52,124 bases of DNA. It comes from a virus. Taxonomy: Duplodnaviria; Caudoviricetes. The stretch covers positions 1-52,124 of the IMG/VR virus record IMGVR_UViG_3300027769_000041, one strand, 5' to 3'. The notes under the pieces are model-generated. The model saw only the letters and a list, made by a program, of their open reading frames with translations, had not been told where the DNA came from and did not search any database. Below are positions 44,301 to 52,124 of the stretch, in pieces; within the stretch, counting starts at the first letter, position 1; each line of letters starts with the position of its first letter. The translations under genes and the position numbers were made by a program.

Positions 44301-46148
44301 AGGCGCGGCTTGCGTTGCTTTTGCCCGTTCCTCTTCGACAGTCTTAGCCGTCCACTCTTTAACAAGCTCATCGGATCGCTGAACCAAAGCGTCGTATTCT
44401 TTACGCTTCTTAGAGCCAACACCGGGCCGCTTCCCTGCCTTAGTTAGCAGTGACTTAGCTTGTTCTCGGACAGCCTGAACTTCGTCAAATATCTGATCAG
44501 ACGTTCTGCCCGTCAGTGCAGGCTCGACAACTCCTTCTCCCTGAACAACATCACTAGGAGTTCGTGCAGGAGGTTCCACTCGCTCGACTGTAACTTCTTC
44601 AGGGCTCGGTCCTGCGGCAGGAGGTCGAGGTGCAGGCACAGCAGTGCCTCCTCCAACTGTTCCACCGACAGGCGGCTGAGTAATTTGCGGTGCTGTTGTT
44701 GCGGCTGCATCAGTGACACCCGGTGCGATAGTGGCAGGAGGAGTGACAGACGGTTGGACATTCAGAGCCTTAGCAATATCAGGCGAAACCCCCGCTGCCG
44801 TAACCTGCTCCTGCGTAACAGTAGGCTTAACAGGAGGCAGCGTACCATCTAGGTGCTTATAAAATACGTCTAACTTAGTCGCGTTGTTATCAAAGTCAGT
44901 CTGTATATTCTGACGTAAGGTATCTACGGGAATACGTGCTAATGCAGCGCGCTGACTCAGATCGTTTGTATCAAAGAGCAGCGTAGCAAGCTGCTCCTGT
45001 ATGTCCTCTAACTTATCAATCTCTTCGTTGACCTGATCTTCGTTAAGCGTAGTCGGCTCATATCGGACATTTTCAGGTGCATTCTCTGCCGTCACTTTAG
45101 GCGGCGCATTAAGAAGATCTTCAGGATTAGCAGGTTCAGTAGTTACAGCAACATCTGACGGCGGCGTAGCTGGTCCAGCCGTAGTAACGGGGGGTTCAGT
45201 TTTTGAAATAATAGGCGGTGTTTCTTCGACGCCTTCTTTGGGTCGAACTGCTTCACGTACGCCTTGTACACCGGCACCAAGGCCGCCACCGACGATGGCT
45301 GCTTCAAGCGCAGTACGCGCCGCAGTGCGCGGATCAAACCCTGCCTCGGTCCCTGCGGTTGCACCGGCATACGCGGTAGTTTCTTCGGCGGCTTCAGTGC
45401 CTGCCTGAACCCCGGCTTCCTTGCCAACACGTCGTACACCTGTCGCAGCCTCAGCACCCTTCTCAAGCAAGCGCCCCGTGGCAAATCGCTCAAGAGTTCC
45501 TTCAACGATAGCCGCGCCCGTAGCTGCGGCGACATCCGCCACCGTAGCGTCTTTAAGTTCCTTCTTGTCGTTAGCAAGTCGCTCGTTCAGGATCTCGTTA
45601 GCGCGAGTAGCGATGTACGGAACAGGCGCACCCACTGCCGCAGCCATGTCAGGTGCAGATGTAATCACGCGCTCGACAATGAACGGAACGGCGTTTAGCG
45701 GGTTATCGCCAAGATCCTCAAGCTTAGTGCTTGGCTGATAATTAATCTCACGACCCCACTCTCGCAGACTGTTCGCCCAATCGAACATGTACTGCATCTG
45801 ATTTTCGTTACGGATCTGATCCACAGTGGGGCGCTCAATACGTGCGCCCTTCTCGTCAACAACAGCGCGAGTATCAAGAATCGGGGCCTTCTCTGCTATG
45901 AAGTCACCGATAGATTCTCCGGCGCGGGCCGCGAGTTCAACACCTGACCCAAGAAGTTCTGCACCACGCGCAGCCAGCCCTTTGAACGGGTTCGTAGTAA
46001 CACCGGATTCAGGCTCTGCGGCTTCAGGTGCTTGGGCCGTAGTTGCAGGGACTAGACCACGCTTACGCGCCTCGGTAAGCAACGCTGCTTTGTCAGGCGG
46101 CAAAATGCCACGACGCTCCGCCTCCAACAGAAGCTGAAGATTAGCCAT
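41361..46148 (-). CDS. Large internal virion / DNA ejection protein with PLxRFG-like domain
   Basis: 1595 aa, mostly helical; YLPLFREGDY motif, N.STAL.NLTQ, F.FK.F; last gene of the ejection cluster. Confidence 0.75.
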   Translation of the reverse strand: MANLQLLLEAERRGILPPDKAALLTEARKRGLVPATTAQAPEAAEPESGVTTNPFKGLAARGAELLGSGVELAARAGESIGDFIAEKAPILDTRAVVDEKGARIERPTVDQIRNENQMQYMFDWANSLREWGREINYQPSTKLEDLGDNPLNAVPFIVERVITSAPDMAAAVGAPVPYIATRANEILNERLANDKKELKDATVADVAAATGAAIVEGTLERFATGRLLEKGAEAATGVRRVGKEAGVQAGTEAAEETTAYAGATAGTEAGFDPRTAARTALEAAIVGGGLGAGVQGVREAVRPKEGVEETPPIISKTEPPVTTAGPATPPSDVAVTTEPANPEDLLNAPPKVTAENAPENVRYEPTTLNEDQVNEEIDKLEDIQEQLATLLFDTNDLSQRAALARIPVDTLRQNIQTDFDNNATKLDVFYKHLDGTLPPVKPTVTQEQVTAAGVSPDIAKALNVQPSVTPPATIAPGVTDAAATTAPQITQPPVGGTVGGGTAVPAPRPPAAGPSPEEVTVERVEPPARTPSDVVQGEGVVEPALTGRTSDQIFDEVQAVREQAKSLLTKAGKRPGVGSKKRKEYDALVQRSDELVKEWTAKTVEEERAKATQAAPAAPTPTAPAVQAAPAAPAPTPPTVAAAGAPPTPPTPPTPPSAAPSGAPQPPGRPRPTSPTGQSTIQGIPNATTPSYLGAVGRVVSNLPPLSKNVYDSVRNILNADNIKDNIRKGIYAFLSLPQQVELFAKELPSLRDLLNVINVRASALKDRKESLDRNIRKWNDILSKYSLKQREKFYEIAHESTRLQVDFRDPTQASNPLTQQFDALPSDMKTVYFDMLESYRKMADEYLKLISKNLSPRLVRRLERKMAQKRLKVYLPLFREGDYWLRYEAVINGKQETVIRSFNSNRERELAMKEAIAAGASKASMQPFARVEGAFEQSEAGPFFYKIMEELNSKGVSPAIKRSLFEMYLDLLPAQSVRQQYRTRDGYRGYETDLMNVYATVASRMANQLTNLEFIPEIDKAYSDVEKDANKEAAQARDLAVKSFMNNLKGQMDYLRDPGNGWLVNTLTSFSYYWYIIGNVSTALINLTQLPMVVYPVLAGKYGANDAMKAMTDAQKQYFKGGWDNDNVPGGEKRFPADYSFGIGLPSNSPLKKLYDAAVRQSAIRRSTGYDLIEGRKKNYGMGDYIGLKAKTEQILGWTFQNSERMNREVTLIAAFNLEMQKNGGDIDAAIRFALDTINETHGTTLTETSPRVFQTGFGKVAFTFKNFAQTMIYLQVKLLRNALKGETPEVRKMAAKQFLGISAMAFTFAGIQGMPFFGAATVMADIMHDLLGDEDEPWKAETAVRGAVGSIANKGPVNELLMQDIASRTGFANMLWRDDDKRLEEIGPILFAMEQIFGPSYAALMGIGRGVKDYKEGNYDRAVESFMPSFIRNVLKSYRYASEGALTRDKEVLYDDFNKYELFMQTLGFTPVEVARRSEIAGDKAKKIDDLENRKKALLDRLYLARIKEDKEGEKEAREAINKYNDSETVKAYRMRIDGETISKSFATRRQRSAQSTFGIYSPPKMRPALAAEFQEPEKPILKRIFGDEQPKD

Positions 46149-46150
46149 TA

Positions 46151-47482
46151 TTACTGCCCAAGTTGTCGCAGAATTTCTTCGTCGCTCATTTGACTAAAAT
46201 CTGACGGCATCCCCGATGCCCCCGCCGGGGCTACACCGCCTACAGCACGAGACTGATAATCACGCATAGCACGATCCCGAGCAGCGCGAGCAGCAGCAAG
46301 CGCCTTCTTTGTCTCTTCAGTCGGGAAGTCGGAGTCAGCTCTAGCTGCTTTCTCCAAAGTTTCTTCAGACTGTTTCCAAATATTTTCATAATAAGACAGA
46401 GTACCTTTGGTCGCTCCGCCGCGAGTATACAACTCAAATAGACGGTCATACTCCGGATTAGGCGCACCGGCTTTGTCGAACTGCGGAGTACTCATCAAAG
46501 TACGGAGAAGGTCGTCACCAGCACCCTTCTGCTCTCTTGCCAACTCCCGCGCTCTCTTGGCCTGCGTCTCAGCATCCACATCTGCCTCACGCTCAGTGAC
46601 GTAATCCTTAACAGTCGTGCTCTTGAGCGTATTAGCTGCTGTCAACTTGGTTTTGTAAGCGTCGATGTCACCACGGGCCAAGGCTTCACGAGCCTCTTGG
46701 CGTAAGACTTTCTCTTCCGCTGCCTTCTCTTTAGCAGCTTGAACTTTAGCTTTGCTAGTGCGTTTGCGCTCAACTGCCTTGGCTTTGCTCTTAGCCATAG
46801 CCGAGATAAGGTCCGGCTGATCCGTACCGGCCACGTCTGCCCAATAAGATTCTTCGTTAAGTGCAGCCTCTTCTTCCGGCAGCAACTCGGCACGCTTGGC
46901 TGCTTCCTCGGCCAACTGATCGCGCATCTCAAGAGACTTAGCATATCTACCAAGCCCTGCCGCCTTCATCTCCTCGTCCTGCTGCTTCAAGAACGCAGCA
47001 CGACCTTCCGGAGTTTTAAGCGCCGCCTCTTCCGCTGCCGCTGCCTGAGCGAGTTCTTCGTAAGACTTAGGCAAAGTGTAGAGTTGTGGCGTGATCGACT
47101 TCGGTGCTTCAGACTGTCCGCCTTGTGAAAAGGCCACGATGCCGCCACCGGCAAAGGACGGCTCTTCCATCGAACCTGCATTAAGCGAAGCAAGACCTTG
47201 TGCCTGTGGAGCAGGCATAGCAGGCTGCGGTCCACGGACTAGCGAAGACTCAAGATTGGTCAGTTGCTCTTTAAGGTTGCCGCCTTGCGGGTTTTGGGCA
47301 GGGGGCTGCTTCAACCGCTCAAATTGCTTGAGCAGCGCATACAGATCGACAAGCGGGGCAACGCCGGTCGCAGCCTGACTCTTCACATATTGAATGGCCT
47401 GATCTACAGGCATTCCCTTAGCCATCGCTCCTTGGAGCGAGGAGAGCATTGTCTTACCAACTTCGCTAACCGGACCGATCAT
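46151..47482 (-). CDS. Internal virion / ejection protein
   Basis: GLASL..G.M....FAGGGIVAFSQGG followed by an Ala/Glu/Lys coiled coil. Confidence 0.7.
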   Translation of the reverse strand: MIGPVSEVGKTMLSSLQGAMAKGMPVDQAIQYVKSQAATGVAPLVDLYALLKQFERLKQPPAQNPQGGNLKEQLTNLESSLVRGPQPAMPAPQAQGLASLNAGSMEEPSFAGGGIVAFSQGGQSEAPKSITPQLYTLPKSYEELAQAAAAEEAALKTPEGRAAFLKQQDEEMKAAGLGRYAKSLEMRDQLAEEAAKRAELLPEEEAALNEESYWADVAGTDQPDLISAMAKSKAKAVERKRTSKAKVQAAKEKAAEEKVLRQEAREALARGDIDAYKTKLTAANTLKSTTVKDYVTEREADVDAETQAKRARELAREQKGAGDDLLRTLMSTPQFDKAGAPNPEYDRLFELYTRGGATKGTLSYYENIWKQSEETLEKAARADSDFPTEETKKALAAARAARDRAMRDYQSRAVGGVAPAGASGMPSDFSQMSDEEILRQLGQ

Positions 47483-47485
47483 GGT

Positions 47486-48556
47486 TTAACTCCCGAAAGA
47501 TCCAAACAGGCCACCAAGCCCACCAGTCAGACCTGAGATTTGAGCAAATGTACTTGGCGCTTGTGTATACACATTGCGCGTCTCAGCAGTCGACGGGGTA
47601 CCGCGCAGCAAGTTCGACATAAACTCCAACTGCTTGTACGGATACGACATCTCGTCAATGAAACGCTGATAGTTCGATTCGAGCATTCTTTGTTTCTGTG
47701 CTTGCTGCTGGCCGCCTGCGCCGAGTTGTGCTCCGAGAATACCGGCCTGCTGACCGTACTGCTGTTGACCCAACTGACCAAGTTGACCTGCCGCAGCCAA
47801 CTGCTGTTGAAGACCTTGCAAGCCAAGACCTGCACCGAACTGCCGAGATTGCTCACCCAACTGTGTACCGGCAAGGCCGTACTGAGCGCGAAGCTGCGCG
47901 TCCTGCGAAGCCTGCTGAGTCGCCTGTTGATAGGCATTTTGAAGCCCGGTTGCCTGAATGTTCTGCAACTGCTCGTTCAGGCCGCGTTGACCCTCAGCCT
48001 GAAGCAGCGCCTCACGAGTACCGCCACGCGCACCGGCACGGATACCGGCAGCCTGAAGGCCCGGAATCTGACGAGAATAATCTCGGACTGCTTGTTGTTT
48101 CTGCTGCTCAACCACGCCCTGCATGTAGGGCGACATGTACTGTTGTAGCGGCGCATCCGATCCCGGAGGACCCGGTTCAAACGGTGACCGGTAATACTGT
48201 CCCTGCTGAAGCGGGTTGTACCGAGCCAGATCCTGCGCCTGAAGAGCGGCGAGACCTGTGAAGCCAGTTGCTTGAGAAGTCTGAGGCGCAACTTGCATAC
48301 GAGCCAAGTCGCCATAAGCCTGACTTTGCAAGGGGCTTTCCCCGGCGACAAGTTCGCCGCCATAGGGCTGAAAGCCTGATTCAAGAATTGGCTTACCCGC
48401 CGCATCTGTCATCGGCTTGCCGGTTTTAGGATCAATCTTCTGTTTTGGATACGTTAGCGCAGAGCCAAAGCCAAGTATGTCAGTGGCGTACCTCCGTGCC
48501 CATTCAGGGATATTGGAGGTAATCGTAGTTGTGGTAGTCGGAGTTTCGCCAGCCAT
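47486..48556 (-). CDS. DNA pilot / injection protein-like
   Basis: Gln/Gly/Ala-rich, YMSPY...V, amphipathic Gly-rich C-terminus (GLTGGLGGLFGSFG). Confidence 0.7.
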   Translation of the reverse strand: MAGETPTTTTTITSNIPEWARRYATDILGFGSALTYPKQKIDPKTGKPMTDAAGKPILESGFQPYGGELVAGESPLQSQAYGDLARMQVAPQTSQATGFTGLAALQAQDLARYNPLQQGQYYRSPFEPGPPGSDAPLQQYMSPYMQGVVEQQKQQAVRDYSRQIPGLQAAGIRAGARGGTREALLQAEGQRGLNEQLQNIQATGLQNAYQQATQQASQDAQLRAQYGLAGTQLGEQSRQFGAGLGLQGLQQQLAAAGQLGQLGQQQYGQQAGILGAQLGAGGQQQAQKQRMLESNYQRFIDEMSYPYKQLEFMSNLLRGTPSTAETRNVYTQAPSTFAQISGLTGGLGGLFGSFGS

Positions 48557-48567
48557 ATCTTTACCCT

Positions 48568-51500
48568 CTATTTACGCCGCGTCTTGGCGGGCGTGACACG
48601 GGGCAGGAACTTGTCGGGATTTACTTGGGGGGCTTGCTTGCCTGTACCCGTTCTAGCACGACGGATCTGCTCCATCATCTTATACAGTTTTTTCGCACCG
48701 GCTTCAGTAGAACCGTTGCCCAAATGCGACACCACGTCAGCCGGAATTACAAACTCTCCGTCTGCCAACGCAGCGCGTTGCTCACCTTCACCCCGGATCA
48801 CGGCAGGGATATCGTCAGACATACCATCTCCCGGTCCTCGCAGGAGTTTACCACCTGCTTGATATTCCGGCATCGCAGCCATACCACCTTCAGCAAAGCC
48901 AAAGTTGTAACCCTCGGCCGGATTAACAGCGCCACCCATACGAGGATCACGGGTCAGGGAGGCGATGCCGCCAGCCTGATACTTCTTAGACTTTTTCTTC
49001 ACGACGCCTCCGGAGGCCATATCTTGTTTTTCTGCATTGCATTCACCGTTGACGGGGTAGTAGAGCCTACCGCTACTGTCAAAACATATGGTCGCAATAC
49101 AGCGTTTCTGAACTAAGTCGTAGTACGCACCAAACCCACATTGTGGCTGACGTTCAGGATCTGAATCATCTACATCGTCTGCGTCTCGCCCACTGCACGG
49201 GTAATCGCCGTCGATACCACGGGTATAAGTTGAGTTGTCCGGGCAGGTGCCGTAGCAAATGCCGTCGCGTTCAACTTCATCTTCGCGGCACTTTGTCGCT
49301 GCCGGGGGTGGCGGTGGCGGTGGCGGTGGCGGCGGAGGCGGAGGAGGTGGTGGTGGCGGAGGTGGCGGAGGTGGCGGAGGGGGGTCGTCCTCTTCCGGAA
49401 CGCAAACAATAAAGCCAAGCGCAGCGAGCACCGGATCAGGCTTGGTACCCGGAGGACAATTATCTACCGGAGGCGGTGGCGGCGGAGGCGGCGGGGGTGG
49501 TGGCGTAGTCTTCCCACACTTCCCGTTCTTATCCGGCAACGTACCGTCTTTGCACCGACAAGTATCCGTGTTGGTGTCGTAGATAAGTTCCGGAGGACAG
49601 AAGTCCACACAACGAAGTTCGCCCGTATCCGGATCAGTCATGCGCCTTTGATTAGGCTTGCACTCCTTCGGAGTATCCGGACATGTCTCTCCTAACTGAG
49701 GATAGACGATGCTTCCGTCATCGCAGATTAGATAGTCATCCGGCGGCGGAGGCGGCGGCGGAGGCGGAGGAGGGGGCGGTGGCGGAGGAGGGGGCGGTGG
49801 CGGAGGCGGCGAAGGTGGGCATTCCTGACCCTTGGGAATCCTTGAGCCATCCGGACAAGTCTTGAGTTGATCATCGCCCGGAGGACACTCCTGACCCTTG
49901 GGAATTCTTGAGCCATCCGGACAAGTCTTGAGTTGATCATCGCCCGGAGGACACTCCTGACCCTTGGGAATTCTTGAGCCATCCGGACAAGTCTTGAGTT
50001 GATCATCGCCCGGAGGACACTCCTGACCCTTGGGAATTCTTGAGCCATCCGGACAAGTCTTGAGTTGATCATCGCCCGGAGGACACTCCTGACCCTTGGG
50101 AATCCTTGAGCCATCCGGACAAGTCTTGAGTTGATCATCGCCCGGAGGACACTCCTGACCCTTGGGAATTCTTGAGCCATCCGGACAAGTCTTGAGTTGA
50201 TCATCGCCCGAAGAACACTCCTGACCCTCGGGAATAACAGACCCATCAGGACAAGTTTTAGTGCCTTTACACAGACCTGTCGTCGGATCGGGCATAGACC
50301 CGTCAGGGCATTTTTTGCCGCCTCCACATTCCTGACTTGACGGAACCAACGTACCGTCCGGGCAACGTTTAATCAGACCGCACGGGTCTAGCCCTTGCAG
50401 CAACAAGGTCATGTCAGGCTCACTTCCGTCCGGACAAGTAACCGGGGGCGGAGGCGGCGGTGGTGGAGGCGGAGTCGGCTCTTCCGGATAACTTACAACC
50501 GGGCCGTAGTTAGTCGTGCCTCGCTTCTGATCTGTCTTGTAGTAGTCCCCCATATTCAAAGCAGGGCGGCCTACGGGCGGTACAAGCAGCGACTTGTACC
50601 AATCAGCGAGATTCTGATCTTGTGGTTGAAGGGATGCGATACCCGTATTAACTCCGCGAGGAGCAGGTTGGGTAAGGCGCGTAAGCGGATCGCGGTTTAG
50701 CGGATCAACGCCCTGAACTGACCCGATGCTCGTCGCATCGGTGCGATACTGCTCAGTCAGGGCGGGAGCGAAAGGGCGGAGATTCTCGAAATACTTCCGC
50801 CTCCTTTCTTCTTCGGATTCCGCTTGCCCACCTTCGGCATACTTAGTTACAGCAGCAAGACCGCCCGAAGCCATATTCAGCCCGTAACGATCCTCCTGTC
50901 CCTGCCTATCTAGCGGCCCACTGTAAGTAGGTGGCGGCTGATTCTGCTGACGCTGTTGTGCAGGTTGATTCTGTTGCGGCGCTGCCGGAGCAGGACTGCG
51001 GGTGTAGTCAGGATACTGTGTGGTCGTACCCTTGTCGGTATAACCGCCACCGATGAAGTACGGCTGGCCCGGCTCATTGAAGCGAGGATTCACCTGCCCA
51101 CGACTGAACTGCACATCGCGGTACTGTGTTGGCTCCGGAGTCGGGATACCCGGACGTTGCCCGGTAATCTTCTGCTCTGCTTTCTTGGCAGCGTAGAGCA
51201 TGATGGCATCCCAAATCGGGTCGCCCGAACGGAAGACACCGCCTTGTCCCTGCTGTCCTTGTTGGCCTTGCTGAGCCTGACCTTGAGGCGCAGTACCCGC
51301 CTGACCGGTACCAAGAATGTTTTTCAGGATAGCGTCAAGCCCACCCGCCGGGCTTCTTCCAAGCGGGGCTTCTACAGTCGGTGACGCAGGGGTGAAGTCA
51401 TACATATCACCAAAGTCGTCTGAACCACGCGGGGCTTCCTTGTATCCTGCGGGACCCTTGATGCCGGGGATAGCACGGGCCTGATCCATTCCTGCACGGA

Positions 51501-51861
51501 TACCGCTAATAAGCTTAGTCCCGGCATAGGCTTTCATGCCCGCATCAAGACCCTTTTGCAGGTCGCCCTTAATAGCGCCGTAAGCAACGCCACTTAAGAG
51601 AGCCGTAGTCTGAGGATTCTGAAGTGCCGCAGTACCGACTTTTTTAACGCCACTCCAAATACTTCTTAGAAAGTTACCTAGAACAGACGCTTCAGGAAGT
51701 CCGGTTGCCGGATTAATTGGCAACTCCATACCCTGAGCGCGGGCCATAGCCTGCAAAGACCGGACTTCATCCGGAGTCATATGGACGAGGGTGGAATCCC
51801 CGTTACGGCCTTGAGCAGATAAAAGGGACGCAAGTCCCGCCGCAGGATACTGATTATTCAT
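48568..51861 (-). CDS. Internal virion protein with central Cys-rich (CPDG) and poly-Pro region
   Basis: N-terminal GRNGDSTLVHM...INP.TGLPE; C-terminal GPGDGMSDDIPA...LADGEFVIPADVVS.LGNGS..AGA..L; multiple [FYM]xxGG. Confidence 0.75.
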   Translation of the reverse strand: MNNQYPAAGLASLLSAQGRNGDSTLVHMTPDEVRSLQAMARAQGMELPINPATGLPEASVLGNFLRSIWSGVKKVGTAALQNPQTTALLSGVAYGAIKGDLQKGLDAGMKAYAGTKLISGIRAGMDQARAIPGIKGPAGYKEAPRGSDDFGDMYDFTPASPTVEAPLGRSPAGGLDAILKNILGTGQAGTAPQGQAQQGQQGQQGQGGVFRSGDPIWDAIMLYAAKKAEQKITGQRPGIPTPEPTQYRDVQFSRGQVNPRFNEPGQPYFIGGGYTDKGTTTQYPDYTRSPAPAAPQQNQPAQQRQQNQPPPTYSGPLDRQGQEDRYGLNMASGGLAAVTKYAEGGQAESEEERRRKYFENLRPFAPALTEQYRTDATSIGSVQGVDPLNRDPLTRLTQPAPRGVNTGIASLQPQDQNLADWYKSLLVPPVGRPALNMGDYYKTDQKRGTTNYGPVVSYPEEPTPPPPPPPPPPVTCPDGSEPDMTLLLQGLDPCGLIKRCPDGTLVPSSQECGGGKKCPDGSMPDPTTGLCKGTKTCPDGSVIPEGQECSSGDDQLKTCPDGSRIPKGQECPPGDDQLKTCPDGSRIPKGQECPPGDDQLKTCPDGSRIPKGQECPPGDDQLKTCPDGSRIPKGQECPPGDDQLKTCPDGSRIPKGQECPPGDDQLKTCPDGSRIPKGQECPPSPPPPPPPPPPPPPPPPPPPPPPPDDYLICDDGSIVYPQLGETCPDTPKECKPNQRRMTDPDTGELRCVDFCPPELIYDTNTDTCRCKDGTLPDKNGKCGKTTPPPPPPPPPPPPVDNCPPGTKPDPVLAALGFIVCVPEEDDPPPPPPPPPPPPPPPPPPPPPPPPPPPAATKCREDEVERDGICYGTCPDNSTYTRGIDGDYPCSGRDADDVDDSDPERQPQCGFGAYYDLVQKRCIATICFDSSGRLYYPVNGECNAEKQDMASGGVVKKKSKKYQAGGIASLTRDPRMGGAVNPAEGYNFGFAEGGMAAMPEYQAGGKLLRGPGDGMSDDIPAVIRGEGEQRAALADGEFVIPADVVSHLGNGSTEAGAKKLYKMMEQIRRARTGTGKQAPQVNPDKFLPRVTPAKTRRK
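49822..50227. repeat. 66-bp tandem repeat, 6 near-identical units plus a degenerate unit
   Basis: TCCTGACCCT recurs at 49823, 49889, 49955, 50021, 50087, 50153 and 50219; encodes PPGDDQLKTCPDGSRIPKGQEC. Confidence 0.95.
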
Positions 51862-51901
51862 ACACCCCCCGTGGGGAAAAGTTGTTTAAATACTAGCATT
51901 T

Positions 51902-52124
51902 CTATTGCGTCAAATCCCAAAACGCGATGGTTCCGTAACAGTCACCTTGCGGTGTTGCTGAGTCCACCGTGCGAATGCCTAGAGTCAGTACGTCACTCAC
52001 TCCGGCTAAAGACACACCAAGCTGCAACGCCCAGTTATAACCGGCAGGGTCCACAAGAGGCTGCTTGCCGCCACTACCCGACGCATCAAGGTAGTCAGTC
52101 TGAACAAGGATGCCGCCTGTCATA
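51902..52124 (-). CDS. C-terminal end of a structural protein entering from the right edge
   Basis: Open frame to the edge, ending ...GTIAFWDLTQ; same strand as the late genes. Confidence 0.6.
   Translation of the reverse strand, partial: MTGGILVQTDYLDASGSGGKQPLVDPAGYNWALQLGVSLAGVSDVLTLGIRTVDSATPQGDCYGTIAFWDLTQ

Noticed and set aside
49822-50227. CRISPR array
   Set aside because: Units are contiguous with no unique spacers, a multiple of 3 long and in frame within a CDS.
49728-50327. 199-aa alternative-frame repeat ORF
   Set aside because: By-product of a stop-free 66-bp repeat inside the 1097-aa gene.

Overview
The whole window is a near-complete genome of a tailed dsDNA phage with podovirus-like architecture. 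It resembles uncultured aquatic phages; a proteobacterial host is inferred from IHF-consensus sites. Three blocks: (1) a leftward late operon (21103 to 1): terS, terL, portal, GroES-like protein, scaffold, Mu-gpT-like major capsid, a cluster of small very basic proteins, head-tail adaptors and a Gly-rich tail fibre cassette containing a 2OG-Fe(II) oxygenase; (2) a rightward early/replication block (21491-41364): DUF3150-like protein, AAA+ ATPase, metallopeptidase-vWA, VRR-NUC, DUF3310, GNAT, HNH, family A DNA polymerase, Cas4-like exonuclease, SNF2 helicase and a primase-DUF927 helicase; (3) leftward internal virion/ejection genes (52124 to 41361), probably the end of the late operon on a circularly permuted map. 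Most notable: seven copies of a 16-bp palindrome CGTATCAA(A/T)TGATACG confined to the early region; an iteron/IHF/AT-rich origin-like locus; a chained-pseudoknot RNA behind the capsid terminator; a second multi-stem RNA before the SNF2 gene; a [FYM]xxGG peptide shared by the basic proteins and ejection proteins; and a Cys/poly-Pro protein with a 66-bp tandem array. Family names come from motif recognition by eye; no database searches were run.
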